DNA of 64,000 nucleotides from Dehalococcoidia bacterium (GTDB lineage Bacteria; Chloroflexota; Dehalococcoidia; Plut-88900): NCBI GenBank assembly GCA_965197645.1, contig OZ240219.1, positions 896,001 to 960,000 of the forward strand, read 5' to 3'. Shown piece by piece: positions 58,790 to 64,000 of this stretch (position 1 is its first letter; each line of letters starts with the position of its first letter). The notes under the pieces were generated by a model. It saw only the letters and a program-made list of their open reading frames with translations, ran no database searches and was not told where the DNA came from. The position numbers and the translations under genes were made by a program.

Positions 58790-59512
58790 CTAGGTCGCGT
58801 GGGGCTTGGTGCCCCAGTGTATAGCGACGGTCCCCATGTTCAGTTTGCGGTAGCCGACGTCCACCAGGCCGGCTTGTCGAAACAGATCCGACAGCTCCTC
58901 CGCCGTGGGGAAGCCGTCCACCGAGTTGGGCAGGTAGGTGTACGCCTCCTTATCGCCGGCCAGGACCTGTCCCAGCAAGGGCACCCATCGACTGAAATAG
59001 AGATCCAGCAGGGTCGAGAGGGGGAAGGGGGCCTTAAGAGGTGTAAGCTCCAGCACCGCTACTCGTCCGCCGGGCCTGATCACCCGTCGCATCTCGGAGA
59101 GGCATCCGACGATGCTGTCCACGTTCCTGAGTGCAAAGCCGGAGGTGGCACACACGAAGGAGTTGTCTTGGAAGTCCAGTTTGAGAGCGTCCCCTTCGAC
59201 GTAGGAGACCGGGACGCGAGTCGAGGTTTTTGCGGTCTTGTCATTGGCCAGATCGATCATCTCGGGGCAGAAATCCACGCCGGTGACCACGGTGATCCGG
59301 GGCTGCCTCGCCAGCTCCAGGGCCAGGTCCCCTGTGCCGGTGGCTACGTCCAGGGCCGGTCCGGGGGTGTCGCCGGCGGCGATCTTGGCAGTAGTGCCCT
59401 TCCATCGACGGTGCATGCCGAAGGTCATGACCGTGTTCAACAGATCGTATCGGCCGGAGATGCGGGCAAACATCTCCCCGATGTACTCCGATTTTCTGTG
59501 AGTGGTGCTCAA
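58790..59512 (-). CDS. ubiE: UbiE/MenG family C-methyltransferase
   Basis: MFARISGRYDLLN, LDVATGTGD, FALRNV, AYTYLPNSV. Confidence 0.92.
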   Translation of the reverse strand: MSTTHRKSEYIGEMFARISGRYDLLNTVMTFGMHRRWKGTTAKIAAGDTPGPALDVATGTGDLALELARQPRITVVTGVDFCPEMIDLANDKTAKTSTRVPVSYVEGDALKLDFQDNSFVCATSGFALRNVDSIVGCLSEMRRVIRPGGRVAVLELTPLKAPFPLSTLLDLYFSRWVPLLGQVLAGDKEAYTYLPNSVDGFPTAEELSDLFRQAGLVDVGYRKLNMGTVAIHWGTKPHAT

Positions 59513-59646
59513 CTTGGTGTGTAGGTGATGATCGGACTAGAGCGCCGACGAGTTATCTTTCGTCAGGGGGCACTAAGGGTTCAATGGGTTGGGGTACCCG
59601 GCCTGCGGCTGGATGACTTAACGGTTTTCCTTTTATCTGGCTGCTA

Positions 59647-60309
59647 TCAGCCGGCCTGGTTGCCCCATCGATCCCAATGTATGTGATCCCTGGCCGGCGG
59701 GCGAGAGGCCGGCTTGAAATTGGCTCCTGTATAGTACCCCACGGTGAACAGGACCATCTGAGTTACGTCTTCGGGAATACCCAGGACATTGGCGGTCTCG
59801 GCCTCATGGTCCAGGTGCAGTGTGGTCCAGACGGCGCCCAGCTTCCTCGATCTCAGGGCCAGCATGAAAGACCATGCGGCAGGCAACACGGAGCCGTAGA
59901 CGCCGGCCAGTTCGGATACGCTGGCTCCTTCATACCGCCCGCCGACTGCGACGATCACCAGCGCAGGAAACAGGTGCATGGTGTCATCGTATCGCCGTCC
60001 AGCTTCTATTGCACGCTTGATCGCGTCCACCTGAGAGGGGTCAGCTCCTCTCAGTGCGTCGGCCTCCATCTGCTCTGCGTAGGGACCGCTGGCCTTCCGG
60101 TAGAGATCGGCTACCTGCTTCTTGAGGTCCTGGTCGGTTACCACTATGAAGTGGGGGTGGTAGGGATCCCCCCCTATAGGGGCCTGCATGGCTATCTCGA
60201 CGCAATCCTCGATTACCGCTCTTTCGACAGGTCGATCGAAGTCTATGCGCCGGCGTACCGCCCGCGTTGTAGTGAGGAGGTGGTCCGTTGCTACTTGGTC
60301 AATATCCAT
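59647..60309 (-). CDS. Nitroreductase family protein
   Basis: LLTTTRAVRRR.DF.RPV, SVLPAAWSFMLALRSR.LGAVWTT. Confidence 0.92.
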   Translation of the reverse strand: MDIDQVATDHLLTTTRAVRRRIDFDRPVERAVIEDCVEIAMQAPIGGDPYHPHFIVVTDQDLKKQVADLYRKASGPYAEQMEADALRGADPSQVDAIKRAIEAGRRYDDTMHLFPALVIVAVGGRYEGASVSELAGVYGSVLPAAWSFMLALRSRKLGAVWTTLHLDHEAETANVLGIPEDVTQMVLFTVGYYTGANFKPASRPPARDHIHWDRWGNQAG

Positions 60310-60421
60310 GCCGATAGTATAGTCAAGGGTGTCGGCACGGGGAAGAGGATGCGTCCGGTCTCATTGGGGGCGTTACGGCTTCAAGGCTCTCCCCTCTTGC
60401 TGTGACTCCCTTTTCCCACGT

Positions 60422-61045
60422 CTAGTTCACGGATGCTAGCCCGTGAGCCTGGGGCAGGATGATCTGGACCTCGTCGGTGGGGCCGATGGCCTCGTAGCTG
60501 TCCTGTAGATAGCAGAAGCCGACGTAGGCGGCGGTGGCGGCGTCCAGCTCGTCGTGGACGCGTTTGCGTTCCGGGTCCTTGAATCGAATGCCAAGGTCTA
60601 CCAGTCCTCGTTCCAGTCCTTGAAGGCTTCGGTGCTTTCGAGGGAGGCCCAGCCGGTCCTGAGCCGCGCCGGGGTAGACCTCTATGACCGTTAGCCCGGC
60701 GGCCTCCATCCTCTCCTTCAGATCGATGCTGCGCAGGGTGAGGGGCACCATCGAGGGGAGAAGAGTCCAGAAGGGGTGGTATCCCAGGCGGGCGATCTCT
60801 CTATCGGCGGCCCGGACGATACCGTGGACGACGCAGGCGCAAGAAGGGTCTGCGCAGCACCTCCCCTTCGGCAGGGCAAGAGGCGAGTCTATGGCCACGA
60901 CATCGGGCCTGGCTTCCAACGTTGCCCGGAGGATCTCATCGTCGGTGGCGGCGACCCAAGAGTCGGTGTGCAGCTGTTCATCGACGACGGCGAGCCCGGA
61001 CTTGCGGCGCTCAGAGCCCGTGGGATCGATGCCTAGGGAGATCAA
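60422..61045 (-). CDS. DUF429 (RNase H-like predicted nuclease) protein
   Basis: LGIDP, VAIDSPL, IEVYPGA, DELDA. Confidence 0.88.
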   Translation of the reverse strand: MISLGIDPTGSERRKSGLAVVDEQLHTDSWVAATDDEILRATLEARPDVVAIDSPLALPKGRCCADPSCACVVHGIVRAADREIARLGYHPFWTLLPSMVPLTLRSIDLKERMEAAGLTVIEVYPGAAQDRLGLPRKHRSLQGLERGLVDLGIRFKDPERKRVHDELDAATAAYVGFCYLQDSYEAIGPTDEVQIILPQAHGLASVN

Positions 61046-61139
61046 GCTCAGCCTCGGTTGGGAGATGACTTAATGCTGGTGTACTTTCGGCGGCGGACTA
61101 AGGCGAGCGGGGAAGACAGACGAAGTTTCATGTTGATAC

Positions 61140-61586
61140 TTAGTGAGTTTCGAAGTCGTTATACCTTGGAGCGGTACCCATACATATGATGGCGTAGTTC
61201 TCAAAAAGCGTCTGTTCCAATTGGTCTGGAATTGACACTGCCCTGAAAGTCATTGTACGTACTCTCTCACGCTGCCGACGGTACTCCTCTCTGTTTTCTC
61301 TTTCGATATCCTCTGTTCTACCCTTCGGATTATTCAGCAGTTCTCTCAATAGTTTGAAGGCGAAAGTAGCTGAATGTCGGTCTGAACTGTTTGCTCCATG
61401 CTCACGAATACGCCTTCGCATGTTGTTTGAACGGCCCACGTAAATGGGCTCGCCATTCTCATAAAAGACGTAGATTCCACGGTGAGGAGCTTCTCCATTG
61501 TCCTGCCATCTCAGCTCCGCGCTCTGTTCGAGTTGCTCCATCAGGGGTTTCACCCTTTCAACGGCCTTCCAAAAAACTGTGTCCAT
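61140..61586 (-). CDS. GIY-YIG nuclease family protein
   Basis: RGIYVFYENGEPIYVGRS...RRIREH...E...PRYN. Confidence 0.88.
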   Translation of the reverse strand: MDTVFWKAVERVKPLMEQLEQSAELRWQDNGEAPHRGIYVFYENGEPIYVGRSNNMRRRIREHGANSSDRHSATFAFKLLRELLNNPKGRTEDIERENREEYRRQRERVRTMTFRAVSIPDQLEQTLFENYAIICMGTAPRYNDFETH

Positions 61587-61693
61587 GTTATGCCAAGACT
61601 TCCCTTGCGGGGTGGAGGCTCTCGTTGATACCAGACGGATGCAACCTCTAGGGCTCGGGGCCGCCGTGGGGCTGGACGTTGACCAATTAAAGG

Positions 61694-63445
61694 TCAGTCG
61701 TCTTCGAGGGTGGAGGTGTCGCCCTCGGGCAGGCCGAGCTCCCGGGCTTTGAGGAGACGCCGCATGATCTTGCCGCTACGCGTCTTGGGCAACGAGTCGA
61801 TGAAGTCGATCTCCCTGGGCGCTACGCCCGCCGAAAGCTTCTTCCTGGAGAACTGGAGCAGCTCCCGGCGCAGCTTGTCAGACTGCTCGTAGCCGTCTTT
61901 CAGGGATACGAAGGCCTTGACTATCTCCATGGCGATAGGATCGGGCTTGCCGATGACCCCGGCCTCCGCCACGGCGGGGTGCTCGATGAGCGCGCTCTCC
62001 ACCTCGAAGGGGCCGACCAGATGGCCGGCGGTGTTGATCACGTCGTCTGCACGGCCGACAAACCAGAAGTAGCCATCCTCGTCCATGCGTGCCTTATCGC
62101 CCGTGATGTACCATCCGTTCTGGAACCGGGAGTTGTACATCTCCTCGTTGTGCCAGTAGGTCTTGAACATGGATGGCCAGCCGGGCTTGATTGCCAGGTG
62201 GCCTTCTTCGCCCACGGGAAGCTCTTCGTACTCTTCGCTGAGGATGGAGGCGGTGACCCCCGGGATGGGACGGCCCATCGAACCGACCTTGATGTCCTGA
62301 ACGGCGTAGTTTGATATCAGGATGGCCCCGGTCTCGGTTTGCCACCAGTTATCGTGGATGGGCATGTGGAAGGCCTCCATGCCCCAGTGGATGGCCTCCG
62401 GGTTGAGGGGCTCGCCGACGCTGGCGATGAACCTGAGGCTGCTCAGGTCATGCCGGTGGGCGACGTCCTCGCCGGCTTTCATAAGCATCCGAATGGCAGT
62501 GGGAGCAGTGTACCAGACTGTGACCTTGTACTTAGCGATGGTCCTGTACCAAGCGCCCGCCCCGAATCCGCCTTCGTAGATCACCTGGGTGACGCCGTTG
62601 GTCCAGGGGGCGGACATGCCGTAGGAGGTGCCGGTGACCCAGCCCGGGTCGGCGGTACACCAGTAGACGTCCTCTTCGTGGAAGTCCAATGCCCACTTGC
62701 CGGTGGCGTACTGCTGATAGGCGGCCCGATGGGCGTGGGCGGCTCCCTTGGGCTTGCCGGTGGTGCCCGAGGTGTAGTGCATTATGGAGTAGTCTTCCTC
62801 GGTGGTCTGGACGATGTCGAAATCGGGGGAGGCGTTGGCCATCACCTCTTCATAGCTGATGTCGTCGGGGTCCAGGGGCTCAGAGCTTCGATTGTTCTTG
62901 TTGACGATGATCACGTGCTTCAGGTCCGGCAGGTCGCCTAGCATGGAGGAGACCTTTGCCCGGAGCGCGGGGGTGGTGAACAGCACCTTGGCGCCGCTAT
63001 CCAGCATCCGGTCTTTGACCGGGTCCGGCCCGAAGGCAGAGAAGAGAGGGCCCGCTATGGCGCCTGCCTTCAGGATGCCGAAGAACCCGAAGTACAGCTC
63101 CGGGATCCGGTCCATGAAGATAAAGACCCGATCGCCCTTCTCGATACCCAGGTCCGCAAGTACGCTGGCGAACTTGTTGGACTCCTCTTTGAACTGCTGG
63201 AAGGTGTAGGTCTCCTGCTCTCCGTTGGAGCCCTCCCAGATCATGGCCGGCTTGTCCCTGCGAGACCCGTTGGCGTGCCGGTCCACCGCCTCATAGGCCA
63301 GGTTGAGACCGCCGCCCGGCAGCCCGTCAAGCTCGCTCTTGATGGTATCCCAGGAGAAGTCCTGGCGCATGGCGCCGTAGTCCTGGATGTTGGGCGTGAC
63401 CTCGATATCCTTGAGATCGGGTTTGGTGATGATGTCTTCGGCCAT
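61694..63445 (-). CDS. acsA: Acetate--CoA ligase
   Basis: YTSGTTGKPKG, ADPGWVTG, SVGEPLNPEA, DNWWQTETG, LPKTRSGKIMRR; ATG 63445. Confidence 0.95.
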   Translation of the reverse strand: MAEDIITKPDLKDIEVTPNIQDYGAMRQDFSWDTIKSELDGLPGGGLNLAYEAVDRHANGSRRDKPAMIWEGSNGEQETYTFQQFKEESNKFASVLADLGIEKGDRVFIFMDRIPELYFGFFGILKAGAIAGPLFSAFGPDPVKDRMLDSGAKVLFTTPALRAKVSSMLGDLPDLKHVIIVNKNNRSSEPLDPDDISYEEVMANASPDFDIVQTTEEDYSIMHYTSGTTGKPKGAAHAHRAAYQQYATGKWALDFHEEDVYWCTADPGWVTGTSYGMSAPWTNGVTQVIYEGGFGAGAWYRTIAKYKVTVWYTAPTAIRMLMKAGEDVAHRHDLSSLRFIASVGEPLNPEAIHWGMEAFHMPIHDNWWQTETGAILISNYAVQDIKVGSMGRPIPGVTASILSEEYEELPVGEEGHLAIKPGWPSMFKTYWHNEEMYNSRFQNGWYITGDKARMDEDGYFWFVGRADDVINTAGHLVGPFEVESALIEHPAVAEAGVIGKPDPIAMEIVKAFVSLKDGYEQSDKLRRELLQFSRKKLSAGVAPREIDFIDSLPKTRSGKIMRRLLKARELGLPEGDTSTLEDD

Positions 63446-63580
63446 GATTACTTCCTCCCTCAATGGCGCTTCTTCTCCCGAAGACCGGACCGGCCTCGAA
63501 GGGGAAGAAGGTTCCGGTATGAGCTTGGACGACCCCAAATTTATAACAAGGGCGGGAAGTAGTCAATTTGGGGGTGGAGA

Positions 63581-64000
63581 TTATCCTGGAGACTCAGCTC
63601 TATCAATGGCCTCCAGCAGTTCATTAGCAATGAACAGGCGCGGCCATGTGCCTGGCATCTCTTCCACAACGCCGGCATCTTTCAGTCTGTAGAGCACCCC
63701 TCTTGCTCCGGCACGAGAGATACCCAAAACCTTTGACGCTGTAGGTATCGTCGTTACGGGTGATGCGAAGAGCTCCTCCGTCAAACGAAGCGCATTCGCA
63801 GATTCCCGACGTTCCTGGAGCTTATGCCGGTACTGCTCCTCAAGTTGTCGGATGCTCCGAACTCGTTTGAGTGCGTCCTGGGCTTGTTCGATGACTCCGT
63901 TCAAGAAATAGCCTATCCACTCCTCCCAATCACCGGTTGCGCTGAGGTTGTACAGCTGGTCGTAATACATGCTACGGTCCCGCTCGAAGTAGGCACTTAG
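63581..64000 (-). CDS. Fic family protein, C-terminal part (gene starts beyond the window)
   Basis: LSAYFERDRSMYYDQL...WEEWIGYFLNGV and a C-terminal HTH typical of Fic proteins. Confidence 0.75.
   Translation of the reverse strand, partial: LSAYFERDRSMYYDQLYNLSATGDWEEWIGYFLNGVIEQAQDALKRVRSIRQLEEQYRHKLQERRESANALRLTEELFASPVTTIPTASKVLGISRAGARGVLYRLKDAGVVEEMPGTWPRLFIANELLEAIDRAESPG

Overview
64 kb of a high-GC bacterial chromosome. Its gene content points to Chloroflexota/Dehalococcoidia (SAR202-like); this is inference, not a database result. Most of the window is housekeeping and catabolic genes: eno, gap, pheA, moeA, greA, ftsH, nadE, recA-recX, rtcB-archease, selD, msrB, a T-box-controlled ilvBNC-leuA-leuB-cimA operon, acsA, CoA-transferases and an Ltp2-like thiolase/DUF35 pair. 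Four things stand out. (1) Bases 1-3345 are the end of a compact, host-like phage structural cluster (capsid, adaptor, one tail protein, a tiny OB-fold protein) with no att site or lysis genes at its right end, a candidate domesticated gene-transfer-agent-like system. (2) Bases 7578-12126 are a complete 4549-bp IS1-family cargo transposon with 19-bp terminal inverted repeats and an 8-bp target duplication, inserted just before a host stop codon. It carries about 11 small passenger ORFs, several near-consensus sigma70 promoters, a bistable RNA leader predicted to gate the RBS of a cargo operon, and a candidate sRNA. (3) selD is a selenoprotein (in-frame UGA plus SECIS-like hairpin) that the ORF track truncates. 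(4) Several odd proteins: a GreA with an integrase-like N-terminal extension, a 2TM channel with a non-canonical filter, and an unannotated 58-aa Zn-finger ORF. No rRNA, intact tRNA or CRISPR array was seen.
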